Source of the DNA: a bacterium
GTDB lineage: Bacteria > Zhuqueibacterota > Zhuqueibacteria > Residuimicrobiales > Krinioviventaceae
Assembly (NCBI GenBank): GCA_963675755.2
Contig: CAXXMD010000003.1
Coordinates: forward strand, 1,728,001-1,792,000
Reading direction: 5' to 3'
DNA length: 64,000 bases
The position numbers and the translations under genes were made by a program. This document shows, piece by piece, positions 38,646-48,089 of the stretch. Each line of letters starts with the position of its first letter. The first letter of the stretch is position 1. Below the pieces are notes generated by a model. The model did not search any database, had not been told where the DNA came from, and saw only the letters and a list, made by a program, of their open reading frames with translations.

Positions 38646-39224
38646 TTAATTATCCGGTTTATGTTCAGTGAAAACAGTATGGCAGAATCTGCAACGTGCT
38701 TCATAAATATCGCCAGAACCAACAACAACACGATGAGAGTCGTTGCTGAGACGCTGGGTACGATTTGCGGGACGTCCGCATTGTACACAAATGGCAAGGG
38801 TTTTTGTGATATATTCCGCAATAGCCAGCAATTGAGGTATGGGTTCAAAGGGCACGCCTCTATAGTCCTGGTCCAGCCCTGCTACAATGACCCGTTTACC
38901 ACGGTTTGCCAGTTCCTGACAAACGTCTACCAGATCCATATCAAAAAATTGTGCTTCGTCAATACCTACAACGGTAGCTTTTAATGCCTGATCCAAAATA
39001 TCAGCAGCAGAAGTAACAGATGTTGAAGGTATTTTCTGTTCACTGTGCGAAACAATATGATTAGAAGAATATCTGTCATCAATTTCAGGCTTGAAAATAG
39101 AGACGTTTAATTTAGCGATCTGCGCGCGTTTCAGTCTTCGTATCAGTTCTTCGGATTTGCCGCTAAACATGCTTCCGCATATAACTTCTATCCAGCCCGA
39201 ACCTTTGGGTGCAACGTTATACAT
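38646..39224 (-). CDS. tdk: Thymidine kinase
   Basis: [33 protein letters not shown]. Confidence 0.97.
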   Translation of the reverse strand: MYNVAPKGSGWIEVICGSMFSGKSEELIRRLKRAQIAKLNVSIFKPEIDDRYSSNHIVSHSEQKIPSTSVTSAADILDQALKATVVGIDEAQFFDMDLVDVCQELANRGKRVIVAGLDQDYRGVPFEPIPQLLAIAEYITKTLAICVQCGRPANRTQRLSNDSHRVVVGSGDIYEARCRFCHTVFTEHKPDN

Positions 39225-39245
39225 GTTCTTACCCCGTTGTTTGAA

Positions 39246-39461
39246 TTATTTTCTAAAAATCCATAAAACTAGAGTGATCAATACCGAGATCAATATGCTG
39301 GTAACAATGGGAAAATATAAAGTAGTATTGCCTTTTTTGTAAATAATGTCGCCCGGCAGTTTTCCCAGTTGGATGCCTAGTTTTTGAAACAAGGTAATCA
39401 CAATACCTGCAATGACCAAAAAGATACCAGCAGAAATTAACAATTTGCCAAGATCATTCAT
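39246..39461 (-). CDS. DUF2905 small membrane protein
   Basis: GKLPGDI......YFPIVTSIL.S. Confidence 0.9.
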   Translation of the reverse strand: MNDLGKLLISAGIFLVIAGIVITLFQKLGIQLGKLPGDIIYKKGNTTLYFPIVTSILISVLITLVLWIFRK

Positions 39462-40080
39462 AGTATTTTTTTATTTTTAATATAATTTTATCTATTTCTT
39501 CATCAGTTAATATTTCAGCATACACATTCAGGTCTGCATACTTTTTTGACGGGAGAATGTATTCAATACTCATGGGGCGTACGGTTTCCAGATATTGCTC
39601 AACAACCGACTCTGTAGTTCGTCCTCTTTCTTTTATATCTCGCTGTAATCTTCGTATAAAACAAATATCAAGAGGAGTATCTACAAAAAGTTTAAAATCA
39701 ATCATGTTACAAAGGTCTGGAATGGCGAAAAGCAGAATACCATCCAGAATAATATAGTCTGTAGGTTCTACCGTAACACAATCCTGGGTTCGATCATGAA
39801 TAGAAAAATCATATACCGGGCATTGAACAACGCTGCCTTTTTTCAATTGTTCAAGATGTTCAATGAGCATGGTTGAATCTATCGCATCGGGATGGTCATA
39901 GTTGGTATGGATTCTCTGCTCCATTGCAATATGAGACTGCTTTTTATAATAAGAGTCTTGAGAAATTATAATTGCCTTGCTGCCAAGTTCCTGTGCGATT
40001 TTTGTGGTCAGATAGGTTTTCCCGGAACCCGAGGCTCCGGAAATTCCAATAATATAAGGGGACTTATTTTTTGCTGTCAT
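39454..40080 (-). CDS. udk: Uridine kinase
   Basis: IGISGASGSGKT, QDSYY, NYDHPDA, P.YDF..H.R, IRRLQRD..ERGR. Confidence 0.96.
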   Translation of the reverse strand: MTAKNKSPYIIGISGASGSGKTYLTTKIAQELGSKAIIISQDSYYKKQSHIAMEQRIHTNYDHPDAIDSTMLIEHLEQLKKGSVVQCPVYDFSIHDRTQDCVTVEPTDYIILDGILLFAIPDLCNMIDFKLFVDTPLDICFIRRLQRDIKERGRTTESVVEQYLETVRPMSIEYILPSKKYADLNVYAEILTDEEIDKIILKIKKYYE

Positions 40081-40474
40081 TCTTTAAATACTGTTTGTCA
40101 AATGGATAGGAAAACAAATCTCCCAGGGGGATGATTTGAAAGTTTTTACTGTCAGATATGAGTATAACCGGAAGGTCCGGAGCATAATCCCAAAGGACTT
40201 GTCTGCATGCACCACAGGGGGGACAAAAGTTTTTGGAATCTGAAGCAATTGCAATAGCTTCAAATTTCGTGTGGCCTTCAGACAATGCTTTGTAAAGGGC
40301 CACGCGTTCCGCGCACATGGTTAGTCCATAAGAACTGGATTCTACATTACAGCCGGTAACAACCTCGCCGCTTGAGGTTAATAATGCGGCACCTACTCTG
40401 AAACCCGAGTGTGGGGCCTGGGCAAATTTACGGCTATCAAGGGCTTTGTTTATCAAGTCATCATAATTTATCAT
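40064..40474 (-). CDS. cdd: Cytidine deaminase (homotetrameric)
   Basis: F.VGAAL, GCNVE, CAER, PCGACRQ. Confidence 0.96.
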   Translation of the reverse strand: MINYDDLINKALDSRKFAQAPHSGFRVGAALLTSSGEVVTGCNVESSSYGLTMCAERVALYKALSEGHTKFEAIAIASDSKNFCPPCGACRQVLWDYAPDLPVILISDSKNFQIIPLGDLFSYPFDKQYLKNDSKK

Positions 40475-40486
40475 AAGTCAAATCCT

Positions 40487-40514
40487 AAAAAAAATCCGAG
40501 GGGGCACCTCGGAT
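40487..40514 (-). terminator. Terminator/attenuator hairpin between ssb and cdd
   Basis: Minus strand ATCCGAGG-tgccc-CCTCGGAT, then a U run that abuts the cdd RBS. Confidence 0.7.
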
Positions 40515-40549
40515 GTGTATAATTACAACGTGATTTAACTACCCTTTTG

Positions 40550-40996
40550 TTAGAACGGAAGATCATCTGAATCTGAACCGGAATCGTCAAATGCAGGTTC
40601 TTGTGGTAAGGGTGGTCCTTCGGAAGACTCTGATGAGCCGCCACCGGAACCTCTTGAATCCAGGAGCTGCATATTATCTGCCTGAATTTCCGTTGTGTAG
40701 CGTTTATTTCCGTCCTTGTCTTCCCATGAACGGGTTACCAATCTCCCCTCAACGTATACACGGGTCCCTTTTTTGGCATACTGCTCCATAATTTCAGCCA
40801 GTTTTCTCCAAACAACAACACGGTGCCATTCGGTATTTTCATTCTGACTACCGTCCTGACCTCTCCAGGACGTGTTGGTCGCTACGGATAATGTTGCCAC
40901 TGCGGCTCCGGAAGGAGTATATTTCAATTCCGGATCCTGCCCCAATCGGCCAATCAGCATTACTTTGTTCAATGTTCCTTTGCTGTCAAAAGCCAT
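40550..40996 (-). CDS. ssb: Single-stranded DNA-binding protein
   Basis: [28 protein letters not shown]-terminal DDLPF. Confidence 0.98.
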   Translation of the reverse strand: MAFDSKGTLNKVMLIGRLGQDPELKYTPSGAAVATLSVATNTSWRGQDGSQNENTEWHRVVVWRKLAEIMEQYAKKGTRVYVEGRLVTRSWEDKDGNKRYTTEIQADNMQLLDSRGSGGGSSESSEGPPLPQEPAFDDSGSDSDDLPF

Positions 40997-41042
40997 TTGA
41001 ACCCTTTCTTGTTAATTTACAAGTAACAAAATTTCAAGAATA

Positions 41043-41071
41043 ATCTTATGAATTATTTGCAAAAGAATCAA
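41043..41071 (-). promoter_or_regulatory. Sigma70-type promoter for ssb
   Basis: Minus strand TTGATT-17 bp-TAAGAT. Confidence 0.5.
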
Positions 41072-41140
41072 GGGGTTTTTTAGGCTTTTAATTTTCAAAG
41101 AAGATCGTTATTTTACATTGCTGATTTTTATAGAGGAATA

Positions 41141-42112
41141 GTGAACATGTTGAAAACAAAATTAATGGATTTAAATATAAATGGGATCAACCAAAAGGAT
41201 GAAACCTATAATCTTGAACAGTTGATAAATGTGAAAGAGCTTGAAAGCAATATCTGTAAAACAGGATTTGTTGCTCCGGTTTTGGTAGAAATAACCCAAT
41301 CAGGATTTAGACTGTTATATGGTTTTGCAAGAGTTAAGGCCATGCTTGCGATTGGTGAGACTATAATCCCGGCAATTGTTTTAGAACAGCAGCTTTCGTT
41401 TCAACAGGCATTTGCTCTGGCACTGCAAGACCGTATGGATAGAGGACCTGTAAATCCTGTTGAGGTTTCGGTCATTATTCAACGACTGGAGTCGGGAGGC
41501 GTTGATAAAAATGAAATTGTTAAACACTTTTTACCGGAAATGGGATACGGAAGAAATCCCAAAGTGTATGAATTACATAAAGATCTTTATATGCTTGAAG
41601 AATCATGGCAGCAAATGTTAATTGATGACCAGTTATCTTTGGATATGGCCGCAGAGATTGTATCTGTTGAGCCGGATATTAGAAATGCTTTTTTGGGCTT
41701 TATTAAAGAATTACGTATTGGTAAAAATCGTCAAAAAGAGTTTTGGGCCCTGGTGCAGGATATTGCAAGAATGGAAAATGTTGCTATATCAGATTTTCTT
41801 CAGGAAGCTGAAATTCAGAATATTGTTACGGACGAACTGCTTGCGCCCGCGCAAAAATCTGATCGTATAAAACAATTGTTCTGGCAAAAAAGATACCCGC
41901 AATACAGTGAAACAGAGAGTCGCTTTAAAGAGATTTTAAAAACTGTCAAATTACCACCCGAGTTGTTAATTCAGCATCCACCTTTTTTTGATGGTGACAG
42001 ATACACAATTTTGTTGAATGTTTCATCGGCAGAGGAATTTCAACAGCATCTGGAGCGGTTACAGGAATTAAATGATAAAGACATTATAAGAAAATTGATT
42101 GAATTGGTATGA
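41141..42112 (+). CDS. ParB/Srx N-terminal domain protein
   Basis: L..NI...GFV.PVLV.....FRLLYGF.RV.A.......IPA.V, then a ParB-like helical region (NP.E; LSLD.A..I). Confidence 0.75.
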   Translation: MNMLKTKLMDLNINGINQKDETYNLEQLINVKELESNICKTGFVAPVLVEITQSGFRLLYGFARVKAMLAIGETIIPAIVLEQQLSFQQAFALALQDRMDRGPVNPVEVSVIIQRLESGGVDKNEIVKHFLPEMGYGRNPKVYELHKDLYMLEESWQQMLIDDQLSLDMAAEIVSVEPDIRNAFLGFIKELRIGKNRQKEFWALVQDIARMENVAISDFLQEAEIQNIVTDELLAPAQKSDRIKQLFWQKRYPQYSETESRFKEILKTVKLPPELLIQHPPFFDGDRYTILLNVSSAEEFQQHLERLQELNDKDIIRKLIELV

Positions 42113-43209
42113 GCAAATATAAAGATTTTTTTCGTCCGGAACGGATATATATTGAAACAGATGTAAAAAACACAATGATGGTTAAACGGATTTTGGACCG
42201 TTTCCCCAATGCAGATGTTCATGATACTGAAGACGCAAACCTGGTTATTGATCAGGCTACCGAGCAAACACACAGTAAATGGCAAAATACCTTATTGCTT
42301 GCAAAACAGCGCGGCCCTTTTTTGCGCTTGTGTCCAGGTACACAAAAGCATGTTTGCTGTTTGTACTATAATCTGGATATTGCGGCGGGATGTGACCTGG
42401 GATGCAGTTATTGTATTCTACAGGGGTATTTAAACAATCCATTGATTACAGTCTATGCCAATCATGATGATATGTACACAGAGCTGGACCGAGCATTGGT
42501 TGATCACCCCACCCGGTTTTACAGAATAGGGACAGGGGAGCTGAGTGACAGCCTTACCTTTGACCACTTTTTAGGCATAGGGGCAGATCTTGTACGCTAT
42601 TTTGCAGACAAGCAAAATGCCATCATTGAGCTTAAAAGCAAGAATGTACATGTGGAAGATTTGTTGACAGTTGAGCACAAAGGCCGGACTGTTGTATCCT
42701 GGTCTATGAACGCAAAGCAGGTAACAGAACATGATGAGGGAATAGCACCGTCAATTGATGACCGCCTTTTGGCAGCACAGCAGGTTCAGCAGGCTGGATA
42801 CAGATTGGGATTCCATTTCGATCCAATGATCTGGTTTGATGGCTGGAAACAAGAATACAAAGAAACCGTAGATAAAATATTCAAAGTTATTAAACCGGAA
42901 AATATTGCATGGATAAGCCTGGGTGCGTTGCGTTACCCAGCCATGCTGGATGATGTAATACGTGAGAATCATCCGAATTCTGATATTGTGTTGGGAGAAC
43001 TCTTGCCGGGCCGTGACAAAAAACTACGATATTTTTTACCACAACGCATAGAAATGTTTTCACACATGTACAAATGGATAAAAAGCTATTCAGCAGATGT
43101 GTTTATCTATTTATGTATGGAAAACAAAAGCGTTTGGGAAAAATCTTTCTCCTGGGCCCCCAAAAACAGTGCACACCTGAAAACCCTGCTGGATCAACAG
43201 GTGCAGTGA
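42109..43209 (+). CDS. Spore photoproduct lyase-like radical SAM protein
   Basis: CPGT..CC, GCDLGCSYC (CxxxCxxC), RIGTGELSDSL, ELKSK, WSMN, GFHFDP, YLCME; ATGA overlap with the ParB-like gene. Confidence 0.88.
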   Translation: MSKYKDFFRPERIYIETDVKNTMMVKRILDRFPNADVHDTEDANLVIDQATEQTHSKWQNTLLLAKQRGPFLRLCPGTQKHVCCLYYNLDIAAGCDLGCSYCILQGYLNNPLITVYANHDDMYTELDRALVDHPTRFYRIGTGELSDSLTFDHFLGIGADLVRYFADKQNAIIELKSKNVHVEDLLTVEHKGRTVVSWSMNAKQVTEHDEGIAPSIDDRLLAAQQVQQAGYRLGFHFDPMIWFDGWKQEYKETVDKIFKVIKPENIAWISLGALRYPAMLDDVIRENHPNSDIVLGELLPGRDKKLRYFLPQRIEMFSHMYKWIKSYSADVFIYLCMENKSVWEKSFSWAPKNSAHLKTLLDQQVQ

Positions 43210-43235
43210 TTCTACCTAATCGTCATTAAATTATA

Positions 43236-43619
43236 TTATATTTTTTTCCAACGTTCAATTTTATCGACAGCATCTTGTGCTGCTTTGGTAATTACCGAAA
43301 GGTCAAATGGTTTTGGGAAATAATCATCAAAACCTGCCTCAAGACAGGTGATAAGATCAAAAGTAGATTTGTAACCTGTTATTGCATGAATACATGAGGT
43401 CGGTTTGTTCTTTTTTAACAACTTGCAAAGATTTATTCCATCCATCCCCGGAAGCATTAAATCAAGAAAAATGATTTCAATGTTTTCTTTGACCAATAAT
43501 TTTAAAGCCTCTTCGCCTGTTGATGCAGTATAAACCGAAAAGCCAACCTCTGTTAATGTTTCTTCGAGCAGATTTCGGATCATATCCTCATCATCAACAA
43601 CAAGAACTTTTTTATCCAT
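43236..43619 (-). CDS. Single-domain response regulator
   Basis: VLVVDDE, FLDLMLPGMDG, AITG, GFDDYFPKPF. Confidence 0.92.
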   Translation of the reverse strand: MDKKVLVVDDEDMIRNLLEETLTEVGFSVYTASTGEEALKLLVKENIEIIFLDLMLPGMDGINLCKLLKKNKPTSCIHAITGYKSTFDLITCLEAGFDDYFPKPFDLSVITKAAQDAVDKIERWKKI

Positions 43620-43660
43620 TATTACCTCTTGATTTCATCTGTAAGAATTGTAATTGTCTT

Positions 43661-43689
43661 ATTATACAGGATTTATTGACAAAAATCAA
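43661..43689 (-). promoter_or_regulatory. Sigma70 promoter for the response regulator
   Basis: Minus strand TTGATT-17 bp-TATAAT. Confidence 0.6.
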
Positions 43690-43804
43690 CAACAAAGTTT
43701 GTAAAAAGACTTGAAAATGACGTTTATTAAGCAATTATTTTGTTTCTGTAATTATGTTACAAGTTTTTAAAAATCATTACGTTAAATATCTTATAAAGAC
43801 GTGC

Positions 43805-45895
43805 TTATTTTATATCCTGCTTAAACCTTACAACATCCAGAGACTTGCCATAGATTAACAGCTTGTCTCCCCTCATAAAGACCATATCTTTATGAGGCAT
43901 CACTTTTTCCGCGTCCGATGTTTTCATGTCCACAAGGTTTAACCGTTCTACCATTAACACATCTATATTGTACTTGTTTCTCAGATTGAGTTTTGACAGG
44001 CTTTTGTTGATAAAGCTGTCAGGAAGGTTGACCTGCGCTATTGAAAAGCCCGGTACCGCCTCCATAATTTTGTCTTTCTGCAAGGACTTTACATTTACAG
44101 CCAGTTCGTCTCTGAGTGATATTTTACCAATTTTCTGGTTATAGATATTCAACACATCTTGATAGTGTAATACTCCCAAAATTTTATTTTCAACACCTTC
44201 TTTTAATACAGGAATCTCTTCAATGTGGTGTGAAGCAAAAATTCGCATTGCCATTTCAAGATTGTCATTACAGTTAACAAAAATCAGGTTTTCATCGGCA
44301 ATATCTTTGGCTATTACCATGCCTTCAAGCGTATGATAAGATGTTATAAGATGGTGAAGTGTTGAACTGTGAATAACACCGGTGAGACTGCCTGCTTTGT
44401 TGGTGATATAGATGGTATCGTGTTCTTCATCGTTCAAAAAGGTATGAATCAATTCAGAGATGGGTGTGTTTTCAGGGATGAGTAGTATAGATTTTCGGGT
44501 AATGTGTTCTACCGGAATTGAACAGAGTATCCGTTTTTCCTGAGTTTCACCTACTTCGTATCCTTCTTCTGCCAGTTCTTTTGCATAGATAGAGCCATTC
44601 ATGGCCATTTGAGCAATTGTATGACTGCCTACAATGCCCAATATAAGCGGCAAAATAAAGTGATAATCGTTGGTCATTTCAAACAAAATCATAATTGCGG
44701 TTATAGGTACAGAGTTAACCCCTGCCAACATTGCGCCCATACCCACCAGTGTAAATGTTGTGGTATGCAGATCAAGATTGAATACTGAAGAGGCGGTTAC
44801 CGCAAACAGATAACCGAAACATGCACCCATGAACATAGAGGGCGCAAAGATACCGCCAAAACCGCCGGCACCCAAAATCAAAACAACAAGTGCAAATTTT
44901 AAAACAAAGAGTAGAGATATGGTTTTCAGGGTATAGGTTTGTGCCAGCATGTTATTAATTGCATCATAACCAATGCCCAAAATATCAGGAATCATAAAGC
45001 CAGCCAAACCCATGATGAGTCCGGCTACAACCATACCTGTCCACAAGGGATACCGTTTATAAATACGTGAAAAACTGTGGTGTACGCTTTCTTTGGATTT
45101 GATAAAGAGAATGGATAACAATCCTGCGCCTAAACCCAAGAGCAAGTAGAAAATATAATCCTGATAAGAACCGAGCTGTACCGTATCAAAGAGGAATTTG
45201 GGATCGTTGCCTAAAAAGATACGAGAAACAGCGCTGGCAGAAACTGATGAAAGCAGAAATACACTGAGAGCTGTGGCTCTAAACTCGTTAAGCAGAACAA
45301 CTTCTAGCGCGAAAAATACCCCGGCAAGCGGAGTGTTAAATACACCCGCAATAGCTGCTCCGGCGCCGGCTGCGGTAAACATTCTCAGGCGCGATTCTGA
45401 AAGGCCCAGCATTCTACCCAAAGCGGATACAACACCTGCACCGGTTTGGGCTGCAGGGGCTTCCGGGCCAACGGTACAACCGCTTCCTATACAAACAGCA
45501 GGCGCTAAAAAGTGAAATAATGTTGCTTTGGGAGAAAGCTTGCCATCGTACAGGGAGACAGATTTAATTACTTCAAGTACACCTTTTTGCCGGGATTCTT
45601 TGGGAGCAATCTTGACCATAAAATACTGGATCAGCATGCCGATTACCGGCAATATTATGATCAACCAAAATGGGGCTGAATGGTTTTTCAATGCCAGATG
45701 TTGTAAAAGGGCAATAGATTCGTGAAATCCTACCGCTGAAAGTCCGGCAACAGTGCCCAATATTAATGAAAATATTATTAAAATTGTATATTCAGATGCA
45801 CCATGGGCAGAAAGATATTGCCCTGCTCTGAGTTGGTGCTTTTTAAAATGTAGCTTGAGGTTTGATAGAAAAGGGTCCAAGGGTTGATACCACAC
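43805..45895 (-). CDS. ClC chloride channel/antiporter with CBS pair and C-terminal RCK_C
   Basis: GPEAP, AAGAGAAIAGVFNTPLAG..F..E, GGIFAPS, FEMT..Y, two CBS domains, RCK_C (SLSKLNLRNKYNI). Confidence 0.92.
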   Translation of the reverse strand: MWYQPLDPFLSNLKLHFKKHQLRAGQYLSAHGASEYTILIIFSLILGTVAGLSAVGFHESIALLQHLALKNHSAPFWLIIILPVIGMLIQYFMVKIAPKESRQKGVLEVIKSVSLYDGKLSPKATLFHFLAPAVCIGSGCTVGPEAPAAQTGAGVVSALGRMLGLSESRLRMFTAAGAGAAIAGVFNTPLAGVFFALEVVLLNEFRATALSVFLLSSVSASAVSRIFLGNDPKFLFDTVQLGSYQDYIFYLLLGLGAGLLSILFIKSKESVHHSFSRIYKRYPLWTGMVVAGLIMGLAGFMIPDILGIGYDAINNMLAQTYTLKTISLLFVLKFALVVLILGAGGFGGIFAPSMFMGACFGYLFAVTASSVFNLDLHTTTFTLVGMGAMLAGVNSVPITAIMILFEMTNDYHFILPLILGIVGSHTIAQMAMNGSIYAKELAEEGYEVGETQEKRILCSIPVEHITRKSILLIPENTPISELIHTFLNDEEHDTIYITNKAGSLTGVIHSSTLHHLITSYHTLEGMVIAKDIADENLIFVNCNDNLEMAMRIFASHHIEEIPVLKEGVENKILGVLHYQDVLNIYNQKIGKISLRDELAVNVKSLQKDKIMEAVPGFSIAQVNLPDSFINKSLSKLNLRNKYNIDVLMVERLNLVDMKTSDAEKVMPHKDMVFMRGDKLLIYGKSLDVVRFKQDIK

Positions 45896-45918
45896 ATGTT
45901 TTTATGAAAAAATAAATA

Positions 45919-46275
45919 TTATATGTCCCTAACCAGTAACAATAATGCACCATGGGGAACGATCAAAAATGTTTCGTTGTCATATTTTACTTCAACAGCT
46001 GCTTTGCGCAAGAATATCGCATAATCACCTACCCGGGCTTGCTGGGGTATTGATTGTTCGTCGTAGTTTTGCTTCCAGGGTTCCTGTTCAATGTCTTCGG
46101 GCTCCGGCATGGGTACTGCAGGACCTACTTCAACAATTCTGCCACCCTGAATGGATTCTTTTTCCACTGCCCATTTGGGCAGGTACAAGCCAGAGTTGCT
46201 GCGATCGTCACCTATATCCGGGACGATTAACAGCCTGTCTCCAACTACGATAAGTTCTTTTTTACCTTGTTTCAT
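45919..46275 (-). CDS. GroES-like co-chaperonin family protein (no groEL nearby)
   Basis: GDRLLI.P, SGLYLP, G.IVEVG, VGD..IF. Confidence 0.85.
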   Translation of the reverse strand: MKQGKKELIVVGDRLLIVPDIGDDRSNSGLYLPKWAVEKESIQGGRIVEVGPAVPMPEPEDIEQEPWKQNYDEQSIPQQARVGDYAIFLRKAAVEVKYDNETFLIVPHGALLLLVRDI

Positions 46276-46349
46276 ATATTTTTCCTTTCCTGGATTAAAA
46301 ATACAGAAAATTTGTTAAATATCAAAAAGATAAAAACAAGATTCTAGAG

Positions 46350-46378
46350 TTGACTTTGGAAAGCGGTTTGATTAATTT
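46350..46378 (+). promoter_or_regulatory. Sigma70-type promoter for the peptidase operon
   Basis: TTGACT-17 bp-TAATTT. Confidence 0.45.
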
Positions 46379-46404
46379 AGAAAAAAAGAAAATAGGAGTA
46401 AAAA

Positions 46405-48078
46405 GTGAAAGTATTGAACACGTTTTTAGGTTTTATTTTCTTGTCTACTATTGCTTTTGGACAAGGATTACAGGAGAGTGATATGGAAGCGTTTTTACAA
46501 AAACATTTGGCAAAAGTTCAACCCTTGCAGGAACAGGCGGCACTGGCTTATTGGAATGCCGCATTAAAAGGACAATCGGAAGATTATGAAACCTATAGTA
46601 AAGTAGAGCTGGAGCTAAAACAGGTTTATAGTGATCCCAAGGATTTTGAATTAATTAAAGCATTTAAGGAAAGTGGGAATATTAAAGATCCGCTTTTGGC
46701 CCGTCAACTTGAGATTCTGTACCTGGGATATCTACAGAACCAGATTGAGCCTGAGCTGCTTGAAGCTATTGTACAAAAAGGCGCCAAGATTGAAGAGCGG
46801 TTTAACACCTTTCGTGGAAAAATAAATGGTAAACCCGTAAGCGGGAATGATATAGAATTGATTTTAAAAGAAGAAACGGATTCTGCTAAAAGAAAAGACG
46901 CATGGTTGGCAAGTAAACAAGTGGCACCCGAAATTGCCAATGATTTGATTGAATTGGTAAAATTGCGTAACAAAGCTGCACATAATTTAGGATTTGAGAA
47001 TTACCATACTTTGTCTCTTAGTGTTGATGAACAAAGTGTGGAAGAATTGGATGCTATTTTTGATGAATTGTACAAATTGACCAACAAGCCGTTTGCAAAG
47101 CTGAAAAAAGAGTTGGATGGCATTTTGGCCAAAAACAGTGGCGTGTCTGTGGATGATTTAAAGCCTTGGCATTATCATGATCCGTTTTTCCAGGAAACCC
47201 CGCTGGTTTATCAACTGGATCTTGATGGATTTTACGAAAACAAGGATGTTGTAAAATTGGCTGAAAAGTTTTATGACAGCATCAATATGCCGGTAGAGAG
47301 TATTCTTGCCAACAGTGATTTATATGAAAAAGAAGGTAAAAATCCGCATGCGTTCTGTACTGACATTGACCGTGAAGGAGATGTTCGTATTTTGTGTAAT
47401 GTGAAGAATAATGAACGCTGGATGGAAACCATGCTGCACGAATTGGGTCATGCCGTTTATGATAAATATCAGGATTCTGAAACGCCATATTTGTTGAGAA
47501 CACCTGCTCACACCTTTACTACCGAAGCCATTGCCATGTTCTTTGGTCGCCTGAGCAGAAACGGTGCCTGGATGCAGGAAATGCTTGATCTCTCTGATGA
47601 TCAGAGAAGCGATATTGATAAAGTAAGTGATAAATATGCCAGACTCAAACAATTGATTTTTGCGCGCTGGGCAATGGTTATGTACAATTTTGAAAAAGAA
47701 TTGTATGCAAATCCTGATCAGGATCTGAACACCCTCTGGTGGGACCTTGTTGAAAAATACCAGATGGTAAAACGTCCTGAAAAGCGTAACGAGCCGGATT
47801 GGGCCGCCAAGATCCATTTCTCTATGGCACCTTGTTACTATCACAACTATTTATTGGGCGAGCTGTTTGCTTCTCAATTGCACCATACATTGGTCGTAGA
47901 TGTAATGGGAAAAGATATGAAAAGTGATGTGAGTTATGTGGGTGAAGGCAAAGCTGGCGAATATATTGAAAAACATATTTTTGAACCCGGCGCTAAATAC
48001 CGTTGGAATGAAATGATTGAAAAAGCTACCGGCGAACCATTAACCGCCAAATATTTCGTAGAGCAATTTGTAAAATAA
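46405..48078 (+). CDS. Secreted M2/M3-family zinc metallopeptidase
   Basis: Signal peptide; HELGH plus downstream TEAIA; PCYYHNYLLG. Confidence 0.9.
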   Translation: MKVLNTFLGFIFLSTIAFGQGLQESDMEAFLQKHLAKVQPLQEQAALAYWNAALKGQSEDYETYSKVELELKQVYSDPKDFELIKAFKESGNIKDPLLARQLEILYLGYLQNQIEPELLEAIVQKGAKIEERFNTFRGKINGKPVSGNDIELILKEETDSAKRKDAWLASKQVAPEIANDLIELVKLRNKAAHNLGFENYHTLSLSVDEQSVEELDAIFDELYKLTNKPFAKLKKELDGILAKNSGVSVDDLKPWHYHDPFFQETPLVYQLDLDGFYENKDVVKLAEKFYDSINMPVESILANSDLYEKEGKNPHAFCTDIDREGDVRILCNVKNNERWMETMLHELGHAVYDKYQDSETPYLLRTPAHTFTTEAIAMFFGRLSRNGAWMQEMLDLSDDQRSDIDKVSDKYARLKQLIFARWAMVMYNFEKELYANPDQDLNTLWWDLVEKYQMVKRPEKRNEPDWAAKIHFSMAPCYYHNYLLGELFASQLHHTLVVDVMGKDMKSDVSYVGEGKAGEYIEKHIFEPGAKYRWNEMIEKATGEPLTAKYFVEQFVK

Positions 48079-48089
48079 GGGATTAGCGC

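Noticed and set aside
14327-42112. ParA-like ATPase and ParB-like gene as a partition system
   Set aside because: They are about 26 kb apart, the ATPase is FlhG/MinD-like, and I saw no parS palindrome.
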